Made by a program: the position numbers and the translations under genes. A DNA stretch of 64,000 nt from Tubiluchus corallicola (lineage: Eukaryota; Animalia; Priapulida), in contig JAQGDQ010002366.1 in NCBI GenBank assembly GCA_030141605.1, forward strand, positions 628,660-692,659, written 5' to 3'. Shown piece by piece: positions 52,014 through 62,415 of the stretch. The notes under the pieces are model-generated. The model saw only the letters and a program-made list of their open reading frames with translations. It made no database searches and was not told the DNA's origin. Every line of letters begins with the position of its first letter. The stretch's first letter is position 1.

Positions 52014-54622
52014 AAAATAAAAATAATTATTTTGCGACTGCAAGTGCCTTCAAGGTTTCTTTAAGCTAAAATGGCAAGTCTCAGGAGAGCTCTTTTATGT
52101 TTTAACAACCTGCCTGCCAATTTTGTGGATATTGCCTACTGTTTTTTCTTCTGTGTTGTCTAGTACTTGAGAACCACTGTCTTCACCAAATAGAAATAAT
52201 CTTAAGTTCAGCAGGACTGTGCTCAGTGAAAATTTAATTGCAACTCTTTATTTTCCAAGATTTTCAACAAAGCACTTCGACTCGGCATGCAAAAGTTTTT
52301 TTCAATGTATGCTATGCTAGAAAGGCAAAAAATATCATTTTTAAATGATGAAGAAAATAAAAATTTATTGATTTCAAATTATGCAATGTATTTGTTTCAG
52401 TTTTACAGGTAACTGTGTTTCTCACAATGTAGTTTTAAAACTATTAAATCTGGACTAGTATGATTATCAGCACCAATGTAATAATAGCGCTACCACTGCC
52501 TGTTCAGCAAAAGTTACTGTATGGATTAAACTTGACTAAAGTTCAATGGCAGCAGCTAAAGTAGTTATATAATGTATATATTATTATAATTATATATATA
52601 TTAATATAATGTAACATAAAAGTTCTAAAGATTTCCAAACACTTCACAATAAAATGTAGATACCAACTGACACATTTTAATAAGCTTGTAATTATTACAA
52701 AAGGGAAAGTAGTTTAGAAACAGTTTTTATCAATTGAATCACTAAGCTTTAAATGACTATGATTAAATGTGGTTAAGTTATATAATTCTGTACTAACTTC
52801 ATAATAAAAACTGAAACATGATAAAATCATTGCAGTCTGCTAAGTTTAAAATAACTATGTAGAAATACCAGTACTGATCCTATAAAGTTATAATCTGCAT
52901 TGTAATACAAATAAACTCTAACAAAAATTCCTTAAATACCTAGTGACAGTCTCACGTGTCCCTAAATCTTTTCATTATAAACGTATATCAAGGCCAGTTT
53001 TGTTCTGTTCAATCGATTTTCGATCATAAGCTGTATTTAGACTAAGGTGCAGTAAAAGCCGTGCATTAGGTAAAGGTATACTTAATAAATTCTATGTATT
53101 ATAAAGGTATCATCTGTTAATCAATTTTTTTTACTAATGATCTCTTCGAAGTGTTTCATTTGTCTTCACACACCATAATTAATCCTTGCCAGATGGAGAA
53201 ATTTGACAATAATGCTTGTTTATGACTGCAAGATTTGAAAACCATTGGTTGGGTCTTCATTTTCAAAAAGTCAGTACTCAAGTTATTGGTCCAAGAAAAA
53301 TCTTAACAAAAATCAAATATTAGTTATATACGTGTATGTGGTTACATGCAACAAGGTGATTAGGTTTTTTTCTGATCTGAACAACACAGGCACATGCTGC
53401 CTATCAAGTATCATCCAATCACTTATGTCACTATTCAGTTCATTAAAATTTGGGTTCTCCACAAATGACAATGTGATTGTCAACATTATTGAGTGCCATT
53501 TAAAAACTGTAGAACCACACAGAATGAGTTGTTTATTGTAACAAGTTCTACAGTTTCAACATAAGAAAAAACTTCTAGCACGTAATGAGGTACATGTATA
53601 GTACAGGAACACTTAACTTGTATATATATATATATATATTCTTCTACTCATCACAGATGACATGGTAGTTACAGATATCAGAGAAACTATGCTTGGCAAT
53701 ATGGCAGTGTGAATAGGCAAATTATAGTATGCCGAAAAATGTGGAGCTATGCTAAAAACAAAAGACCACAAAAATGTAACAGATGTAGTAGAACATTGAA
53801 TTTGGAAACTGTACTAAGCAGACTGAAATGTACATACCTAGGTTATGTTAAGTAAATATATATATATAACCTATTCATCTGGCAGTTGATGTGATAGTCA
53901 TTATAAATGCACACACTGCAATTTATCAAGTTAACTTTACTTCCATGATCCTAGAAAAAACCACTTTCTGGGAATTAATTTAGGTAATATTCAGCAATTT
54001 GGCATTACAGATATCACCAGTACAGGGCACACTGAACAGAACATACAGAAAAAAGCATTATCGTACATGACAAGTTTTGACAATAAATAGATAAAATAAT
54101 TTTACACACGATATTCTGGCTTGAGTACAGGATTACCTACCTTCCTTGAAATGAATTAGAACAAATAGACAGACCCAAAAAAGAATTGACATGTTTCCTA
54201 ACCATTCATTACAAGAGGTAATTGTATCCATCACTGCTTAAGAAATAATTCCTTGCATTGGGTGCAGTTATGTAAGTGCATTACGTGTACTTGTGTTGGC
54301 TCTGAGCCAAAACTAACAACACAGGTAACTAAAATTGACAAATGAAATTACTGCTGATATCCTGCATTTATTCCAAGCTCTCAGCTAATGATATCAAGTT
54401 CTGTTTCATTCAAAGACTTTACTGGTCAAAGAACTTACTGAAAAACAGAGATCATAGAATACAGCTACTGATACTGATTAACCGAACTGATTAGCTTACA
54501 GGATACATTCTTCGTGTTCCATCTTCACATAGCTGTAGCAATGAAAACAGGAAAAAAATTTTGTTGCAACTGGGCCTTATGGCCTTTAATTTGCACTACA
54601 TTCACGACGGTAACATTTTTGA

Positions 54623-57600
54623 CTATACTTGGTCTTCAAACAGCTCATTTAAATCTCCTATAGTCAGGGTGTTATAATCAGTATCAATGCTGATTGGAAC
54701 TGTGGACGTAGAAGATACTGCATGCATCATATTATGCATCTTCTCTTCAATCGTGTTTCTAACCAAAAACTTATGAACATAAGTTTTCTGAGTTTGGCCA
54801 ATTCTGTGAACTCTGCCAATGGCCTGCACTTCATTAGCTGGATTAAGAACAGGCTCAGTAATTAAAACATGAGCAGCTTCTATTAAATTTAAGCCTTTTG
54901 CACCTGAATGAATGGGCAGTAGCAGTGCCTTCACGCTCGGATCCTGTTTGAAAGCAGTGAGATTTTCTTCATATTTGTTATGAGCATGTAGCAATCGATA
55001 GCTGATCTTATTCTCATCTAAAGCATCTGCGATAATATTCAACACATCAGCCCAGGTGGAAAAAATAAGTGATTTAGCAGTGACATCTTCTCGTTGGATG
55101 TTTAATAAGCATCTCACTATGGCTTCTACTTTAGTAGAATGACTGCCTTGTATTGGACTACTATCTTTGTCGAACCGACTTGTACTTACATAAGATATAT
55201 CTGTCAGCTGTGTTATATTACGACAGACTGCACATTTGGTCGTACGGTGGCGCCCACCAAAACTGTACCGCTCGGCCATTATTTTAATGCAGTCAAGACA
55301 AAAGCAGTGGCCACACACCAAAACACTCCATTCAACACCCAAAGCTCTGTAACAGGTAGGGCATGTGTCTGGATTGAAACTGCCATTTTTGCCATAATCG
55401 GCTTTTTCTAGATTCTTCAAGTAATTCAGGTGACCAAGTTTGAGTTGCAATTCTTTCTCAGCCAAAATTTGATCAGATTTGAGTTGTAATTTATGCTGTT
55501 CAAGCTCAGTAGGCTCTAGAACATTCAAAGGCTGCTGAAAATCATCCTCATCACATGTTAACTTTTGCAGCCTGTTCATCTTTGGTACCTCTTCATTAGC
55601 AAGTCGAAGCCTCAAACGTGTAGTAGCCATATTTATTTCATCTATCATACTGATATGGTCTCTGCATGCAGTCCAAAGTGCTCGCAGACTTTTAAATTGC
55701 TTTTTCATCATTTCCAAAACCTTAAAGTGCTTTTCTGCAGCTAGTATTAACTCTTTCGGGGCTTTCTCTAATTTCACAAAATGCAGCATTATCTTTAAAG
55801 CAGTTTCTACTTCACTATCTGCCCAAGAGCCACTGCCTCTGATTTTGCTGTCAGATAACTGTTCTTCATTCTGCTCTTGCCGTTTCACAAAGAGAAACAG
55901 CCATGCTTCATACTTTACAAAAAAATCGTCACATTTGCATAAACAACATTTTTGTGAACTTGCACCTAATGGTCGCAAATGGCATTCTACTGATTCATTA
56001 ACTACTTTCTTCGTAGGATGTATATCTACAAGCTTCAAAGCTCCAAGGAGATCTTTTCTAGCTGACTCTAATTTATCAACATGACTAGCAATTACATACT
56101 GTAACTTGGTTATGCTATTTATGTCATATCTATGTAATATGCCTTGTTGCACCTTTTGTTTGGAATCTAAATCTTCCCATAGTTTTACAATGAGATCGCG
56201 TTCACGTCCACATTCTACTATCAACTCTGCTGCATCAGTCCACCAAGGATAATTCTTCATGTCACAAGATCCTGCCAAGTCATCAACATTGTTTTGTGCT
56301 AGTTGTACTTCTTTCCGTGCCTTCTCAGCATTGGTAACACACTCGTTTAGATGTTTGTCCCGTATTTCCATTGCCTGAGCATGCAACTGGTGATCTCTAA
56401 GAGTAGGTGGTATGCCTTCCTTGTGATAAGTAAGGATTTCGTGGAGATTATGGAGCGTATGCAGTTGCTGAAACGAATCTGTTTTCAGCTGCTCACTGTG
56501 TCCTTCTACAGACCTCAGCACCTCCCTGTATAATTCAGCAGCTTTCACATAATCACCATTTATGATACTTACACCTGCCAAGCCATTGAGAGATGCAATG
56601 AGTTGCCTATGGGCATTCTCAGCTTCCAGTTGAGATTTTTTAATTAGGTTTTCTAAAAGCTCTTCCATGGTCATTGTATTTCGTTGGACATGAATGAATT
56701 GTCCTCGAACAGCTTGAGGATGACAGCAAGCCTGTCGCAGTCGCAGTAATGGATGCAACAAACGGTGCATAGTTTGTCTGTCTAGGTTAGCAAGCCGCAC
56801 TTTGCTGTCATGCCATTTTGAAAGGTTTTTGTGTGCTTCCTTGCTGCACTCATTATACTGCCTGCGGTAGAAGTGTTCCTCAACTGGAGAAAAGGTCAAC
56901 CAATGCAGTTTTTCTGTTTGCAGTGGAATTTGAATTTGGTCCTCAACATCCTTCTTAGCCGTTCTCCACATAACTTTGGAAATTGCATCATACATTGGTT
57001 TTGTAACACCAGCATAGTATGGCTGAAGTAGTAGTTCTTTCCACCACACTTTTTCCCAGTAAGGATCATAGCCAAGGAACATAAATAATCCCTGTAGATC
57101 ATTAATGCTATGCTGTATGGGAGTGCCTGTCACACACCACCGATTTATAGCACTAAGTTTCAGAGCCATTTTTGACATTTGTGAGTTTGCTGATTCAACC
57201 ATTTGAGCCTCATCCAGACAAACCCTCCACCACTGCACAGCAGTCAAAGGGCTTGGGATAGCCATAAACCTTTTAGGATGCCGCAGACATCGCCCACCTT
57301 CCCCTTTTCCATGTGGTAAATCAACATTGTTGATTTCACGGCTGAATATTTCATAAGTTGTAAGGACTATATCGTAACTCCCCAATGTGCTAGGTTGAAT
57401 AAACCCATGCTTACGAACACCTTTATAAACTAACAATTTTAAAGTATCATTTCTGACATGCTTTTCTATTTCCTCAACCCACTGGTGGCATATAGACTTC
57501 GGAGAGACAATGAGAGTTGTTTTTGATTTTACGGGCATTTGATAAATGAGACAATGCGGACACAAGTAATGCTTTTCCAAGCCATAATAATTAACACACT

Positions 57601-59134
57601 TGCTATGCTGCCAGCGGTAACATTGCTGGCACTGAACTTGCCTCATCTGATCATCCCAGTGTGGTACCCCACATGTGCACTCCAAAAATCCCACTTCCCT
57701 ATCTGAATAACACTGAAGCACATCACTTACAAAACTGTCTTCAGCAGCTTTGGTTACTTCACTCACAAGGAAGTCTATAGTATGACAGGCAGCATCTGTT
57801 TCACTTGTATTAATAATCGAACCTAGTCTTTTATCGATGCTTTTACTAATAAGCTTCTTGTATCTATTGGTGGTATCAGTATCGATATCACTTCTAGGAT
57901 GTAAAAGAATACATGCTAGAACTTCCACTGTTTTTCCAAGTCCCATTTCATCTGCTAAGATTCCTCCATATGGCTCGGGCAACTCTAGTGGCTTCACCAA
58001 AGTGAACCCACCCGTAAATGTATTATAATACAATATCTTATTATTAAAATTCACCTCGCGATACAACATGTGCAGGTCACGGTCACTTTTTTTACAAAAA
58101 ATTTTCTTCGACTCAAACCCTTCTCTATTCAACATCCATATCACAGCATCTTGTTGATAAGGGCGTAACACGGGTATCAACGCAGTGCTTTGTATGTTAA
58201 TAGCAACACTTTCAGCATTCATTCTGTGTTGTTCTTTAATCGCTATAAATAATCCACCCAGATCTGCTTTTTTTGAACTTTGTTTATAATCTGGGCAGTC
58301 AAATCCCAGCAAATGGTTAAACAGTTTTCTATTGGCTGCACGAGTCTGATAAGTACCTTTGACTTCACTTGGATAATTCAGTTGATACAATTGGGCTTGA
58401 GTAATATATATGTCAACACGTATGGTACCAGATGTGATGTAACCAGAGTAATAATTAGACAGCACTAATTGAAACAATTTCTCTTTCTTGAGTGGCCGAA
58501 GTAAGTCAGGTTGCAGTGTAGTAGTAATCTCCACTTGTACCAACAGCTCACCAGAGTTCATTTTATTTTCTAGATAAGCAACACATAGTTTCGAATCATT
58601 TTCATTGACGTATAAGTAAAGCTCTTCTGTATTACATAATTCAATATTACCTAACAAATTTAGACTGAGTTCGCCTATTTTGAAAAGCATTTTACTCTCA
58701 TCAGGCTCAAGATTAATCTTTAATAAAAAATGACAATCCATTAGCATAGATGAAAGTTTCAGTTTATCATGTAATGAGTTGAGCTCTTTCTTCTCGTGTA
58801 TATGGATTTCCTTGCCTGCAGTACCCACATTCTGCTGTAGCAAACAACTAGCAGGCAGTAACCTCAAGGTTGACGAACCATCACTGAAAAGATTATCAGC
58901 ATCTTCATCATCACCGTAATTTGTAAAATACATTGACTGCAGCTTGTAATTGTACTTGTTTCCAGCGACAGTTGAACAGTGCACATCAGATGGCTGTTTC
59001 TCAGAAGCACATTCCAAAGCATCAACAATCCTGGAGCTTGGTGGAGCAGCAAATGTATCTGTCATGTTCCACGATAATTGCTGACGTTTTGCAGGCATTG
59101 CCTTAGTAGGGGTGCACTGCTTTCTTTTTGACAT
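54623..59134 (-). CDS. SHPRH: E3 ubiquitin-protein ligase SHPRH (SNF2 ATPase, PHD, RING, helicase C-terminal domain), single-exon CDS, 1503 aa
   Basis: Uninterrupted ORF with LRPYQ, GGILADEMGLGKT, a PHD finger (CTCG...CQQC..WQH..C...CPHC), LDEAQMVE, RWCVTGTP, LRLRQACCHPQ, a C3HC4 RING (CPTC...CGHCFCLDC...CAVC), GAKGLNLIEA and QAIGRVHRIGQ. A minus-strand acceptor (ttcttgcag) at 59178-59179 suggests a 5'UTR intron. Confidence 0.95.
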   Translation of the reverse strand: MSKRKQCTPTKAMPAKRQQLSWNMTDTFAAPPSSRIVDALECASEKQPSDVHCSTVAGNKYNYKLQSMYFTNYGDDEDADNLFSDGSSTLRLLPASCLLQQNVGTAGKEIHIHEKKELNSLHDKLKLSSMLMDCHFLLKINLEPDESKMLFKIGELSLNLLGNIELCNTEELYLYVNENDSKLCVAYLENKMNSGELLVQVEITTTLQPDLLRPLKKEKLFQLVLSNYYSGYITSGTIRVDIYITQAQLYQLNYPSEVKGTYQTRAANRKLFNHLLGFDCPDYKQSSKKADLGGLFIAIKEQHRMNAESVAINIQSTALIPVLRPYQQDAVIWMLNREGFESKKIFCKKSDRDLHMLYREVNFNNKILYYNTFTGGFTLVKPLELPEPYGGILADEMGLGKTVEVLACILLHPRSDIDTDTTNRYKKLISKSIDKRLGSIINTSETDAACHTIDFLVSEVTKAAEDSFVSDVLQCYSDREVGFLECTCGVPHWDDQMRQVQCQQCYRWQHSKCVNYYGLEKHYLCPHCLIYQMPVKSKTTLIVSPKSICHQWVEEIEKHVRNDTLKLLVYKGVRKHGFIQPSTLGSYDIVLTTYEIFSREINNVDLPHGKGEGGRCLRHPKRFMAIPSPLTAVQWWRVCLDEAQMVESANSQMSKMALKLSAINRWCVTGTPIQHSINDLQGLFMFLGYDPYWEKVWWKELLLQPYYAGVTKPMYDAISKVMWRTAKKDVEDQIQIPLQTEKLHWLTFSPVEEHFYRRQYNECSKEAHKNLSKWHDSKVRLANLDRQTMHRLLHPLLRLRQACCHPQAVRGQFIHVQRNTMTMEELLENLIKKSQLEAENAHRQLIASLNGLAGVSIINGDYVKAAELYREVLRSVEGHSEQLKTDSFQQLHTLHNLHEILTYHKEGIPPTLRDHQLHAQAMEIRDKHLNECVTNAEKARKEVQLAQNNVDDLAGSCDMKNYPWWTDAAELIVECGRERDLIVKLWEDLDSKQKVQQGILHRYDINSITKLQYVIASHVDKLESARKDLLGALKLVDIHPTKKVVNESVECHLRPLGASSQKCCLCKCDDFFVKYEAWLFLFVKRQEQNEEQLSDSKIRGSGSWADSEVETALKIMLHFVKLEKAPKELILAAEKHFKVLEMMKKQFKSLRALWTACRDHISMIDEINMATTRLRLRLANEEVPKMNRLQKLTCDEDDFQQPLNVLEPTELEQHKLQLKSDQILAEKELQLKLGHLNYLKNLEKADYGKNGSFNPDTCPTCYRALGVEWSVLVCGHCFCLDCIKIMAERYSFGGRHRTTKCAVCRNITQLTDISYVSTSRFDKDSSPIQGSHSTKVEAIVRCLLNIQREDVTAKSLIFSTWADVLNIIADALDENKISYRLLHAHNKYEENLTAFKQDPSVKALLLPIHSGAKGLNLIEAAHVLITEPVLNPANEVQAIGRVHRIGQTQKTYVHKFLVRNTIEEKMHNMMHAVSSTSTVPISIDTDYNTLTIGDLNELFEDQV

Positions 59135-59450
59135 ATTGACTCTTCTTTTAGAAAGTCAGCACCACTCGGAAATATGCCTGCAAGAAAAATTGTATGAGAT
59201 GCCGCTAAGGAATGCCCTACCAGAAATTTTCTAAAACTGATTATTAGCTAGGTGTCATTTAAATTATGCTTGTGGAGTTAAACCTATCGACTCAAGACTC
59301 CCAACTCCAGGAGTTCTTTTAATTTCTTCTCTGACTCGTGACTTTATAACCAAACAGACAAGATCGTCATCATCTTCACTATCATTACCGATACATACAT
59401 TTCTAATTATAAATGATGCAAGTTTTGCAAGGTAACGTTTTGCATACTTA

Positions 59451-60000
59451 CCGTAAATACTTATGTACAAGTCGATTTTTTGGAGGCGATTTTAAGGTGA
59501 AATTTTTGGGGTTGACTTATACTTTCGGTATGTTTTTGGGAGATGTCGCTAAAGAGTCGTCTACAACACATATATGTAAACAAATAATCCTTCATTATAC
59601 GCTGGACTGAATGAACACTCATACTGCGATACTTCACATCACTTCACAGAATATTACTCTAATTTATTTTAATGTATATGAGAAAGCGAGAAATTGGCGA
59701 CTGAAATGTTACGACATCCTGGCTGCGATATACCAATGAGTTAAAGGCATTACAAACAATTATGCGCAATGAAAGGCCAGGCTGCATTATCATGGATTTG
59801 AATTGAGGGCCCTCAACATGAATATATATATATATATATATATATACATCCGGTAGGTATAATATACTCGGCCCAGACACTTGCACGTATCTTACACACT
59901 AACACAGTAGGCTATTGATTTATTACTCGGCCATTGTTGACATCATTTACTCTGTAAGATCTTAATATTTTATGGTCGACTTGTACACACATATATACGG
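59451..60000. mobile_element. pogo-like MITE, 550 bp
   Basis: TIR CCGTAAATACTTATGTACAAGTCGA / TCGACTTGTACACACATATATACGG. TA is present on the left flank only. Confidence 0.65.
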
Positions 60001-61373
60001 GGCCTTTACATTAATAATGGTCGGCTTAATTATGTTTAAATTCGTCGCACCTTATTTTCGATAATATGCTCCAAATTACGGTGCTCTTAGTTTTTAGCAT
60101 TTATGTTAAAGGCAGTCCTGAGCGTTTAAATCAACTAATTGTGCCTTTTCATTGTTTAGAGTTTACCAACAATTATAAATATGTTATAAAATTGACGTAT
60201 ACAGAGACAAATAATAAATTCTTTAATTCAATTCAAATTCAATAAAGAAAAAGTTTGTGTTTCGATTTCAATTATGCTGTTAGAGGCCTAATGCTACATT
60301 GTCTTAAAATGCATTTTGTCAAGCTGGAGTTGGTCAGATATTTACTGACTCCTTCAAAACTCCACAACCCTACCTTTTGTCTTTCACCGCCTGTATAGAA
60401 CAAAATTAATATAGATCTACCAATGTCATTATTAGAGGTAAGTAAACTGATGACTCATTTTCGGAGGCATTGACTCAAGTCAAAGGTACACGAGCTGGGC
60501 ACTCTGTCACAATCCAGGTCTCTATCGATTTTCACCGAGCGATCCCATATTCGATATGATGGATCTGAAGACTATTAATTCAGCAGACTGCAAGCCTATA
60601 ATTAATGAGGGATAAGACAGTGTCGTAAAATATTAATCAGTGATATACCAGATGACCATGAAATGTACTTTAACCCGGATAAATAATTAAATTGCTACAT
60701 TTTGTCAGTTTTTGCCAGAAATAACTTTTCCCCAACAAAAAACTACACATAAAACTTTTTTGCCAGAACATTTACTTCCCAGAAAAAAATGTTTCCCAAA
60801 ACCGCCATTTCCAAGAAAATAAAATTCACAGAAAAAGTATTAAATCCTTTTTGAAGCGCAGTTAGATGATGTGAAATGAAAAGTAACTTAACTTTGATTA
60901 ATAGTGATTGTATGATGAAAAAATTTGGTCAACTCAGCAAGGCAAGAAAGTAGATTTATAACGTCATGTTAATCTTTGCATATACGCAACAATGAGTAAA
61001 CACATCATGTGGTTGGCTACCAAACTGATTAGTTGGGTGACTGCTTAGGACTCTCACTTTTGGCAGTTCCTTTCACTGCTATGCTGAATTACTTCGCTGA
61101 TTTAGGGAGAATGTACATGTACAAAAACATCAACACTAAAAATACGGCACATTCTGACAGTCTGCTGCACTTTCAATGATTCTGATAGTTATTAATAACA
61201 GAGCCGTAAGGGATAGAGCAGGAGAGAGAAAAAGACTGGAGACAGATAGGGAGGGAGAGGAGAAAGGCAGAGAGGAAAAGATGAGGGGAGAAGGGAGAGA
61301 AGGAGAGGCAAACACAAAAAATCGAAAGCTTTATCTCACAAAAATTTTTCTAAAGATGTGTCAATGCAGGTGT

Positions 61374-62415
61374 TAGGAGCCGAGTAGACCACTGAGCCAA
61401 GTAGGACACTAGAGACAGGTCGCGAATTGAGTCGTTAAGTGTACTGACACCATTCGTTGTGCTTGTTTATGTAATAATAATAATTAAAAACGTTAGTACA
61501 CGTTGAATAATTTATTATACATCTAATAAAATAAAAGAATTTTATTCTGAGCTGGTAGAACGGACAATATTAAATTTGGTTTCGATATTAATGTTGTTGA
61601 AGTGAAAAAAACCACTTTTTTGCGAATTCAACATTTGTTTAAGGTATATCATTTTTGATTTTGTCTCACTTCACAAACAGGTGATCCGTTTCCCTACCTC
61701 TTGGGCAAATAATTGTTTTCTTATAAGTAAACGTTCTAGGGATCTATGTGTCCTACATGGGCTAGCGAGCCATGTAGGACAGTGCCCTACATGTTACAAT
61801 ACTACTGATAATATTAAAACTAATTATCCTTGCTTTTCTTAAATGTTAAAAATTACTTTTTGGTGTTGTGAAGGCTTAGCAGCATCTGTCTCATTTTTAA
61901 ATTTGCAATTATTTCTGTAATAACTGTGTGCAAAGTTTCTCTCTTTAAAGCATTAGATACTAGGTTTAATGTTATGATGATATTAATGGAGCTAATCATA
62001 ATGACGAAATTAATGTTTGACATTTTCCTGTAGTATTTTTTCAATTCTTCTCTATTATAACCATACTGCTGAACAATGCTAGAGTGCTAAAAGAGCTGCT
62101 TTGTTACCAAACAAACTCTCGTTCAGTGAACGAGTTACAAAAGTCATCGCAAAACAATACCTTCGTACTGCATGCTGAGTTAAACACCTGGTCAAGCAAG
62201 TTTTCATGACGCCAAACTGACGACAACTCAACCAACAAGCACAGTTTTTAATAAAATGAAGAAACTCACAGAATTTTCAAAAATTTGACAAAATTACCGA
62301 TTCTCGACAAAAATCGCTAGTGTCCTACTTGGGCTGCCAATGTAGGACACTACTTTTAGCGCATTGGTTTTACCAGAAGTGGTCTACTTGGCTCAGTGGT
62401 CTACTCGGTTTCCTA
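61374..62415. mobile_element. Non-autonomous TIR DNA transposon (~1.04 kb) with internal palindromic sub-repeats
   Basis: Perfect 25-bp inverted repeat CCGAGTAGACCACTGAGCCAAGTAG (61380-61404 / 62384-62408). Internal GTGTCCTAC...GTAGGACA palindromes at ~61748 and ~62320. Confidence 0.8.

Larger units (their letters stand above)
51841..52064. repeat. ~225-bp imperfect palindrome (fold-back element) containing both hammerhead-like cores
   Basis: 51841..51940 aligns to the reverse complement of 51958..52064. The innermost 10 bp are perfect (GCTGCTAACC/GGTTAGCAGC) around a 17-nt loop. Confidence 0.85.

Noticed and set aside
55139-59052. Short ORFs overlapping SHPRH (similar ones overlap TRMT11 and the B4GAT1-like gene)
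   Set aside because: Antisense or alternative-frame shadows of long real CDSs, with no motifs.
60310-60620. Possible LINE reverse-transcriptase relic
   Set aside because: Only vague motif echoes, too degraded to support.
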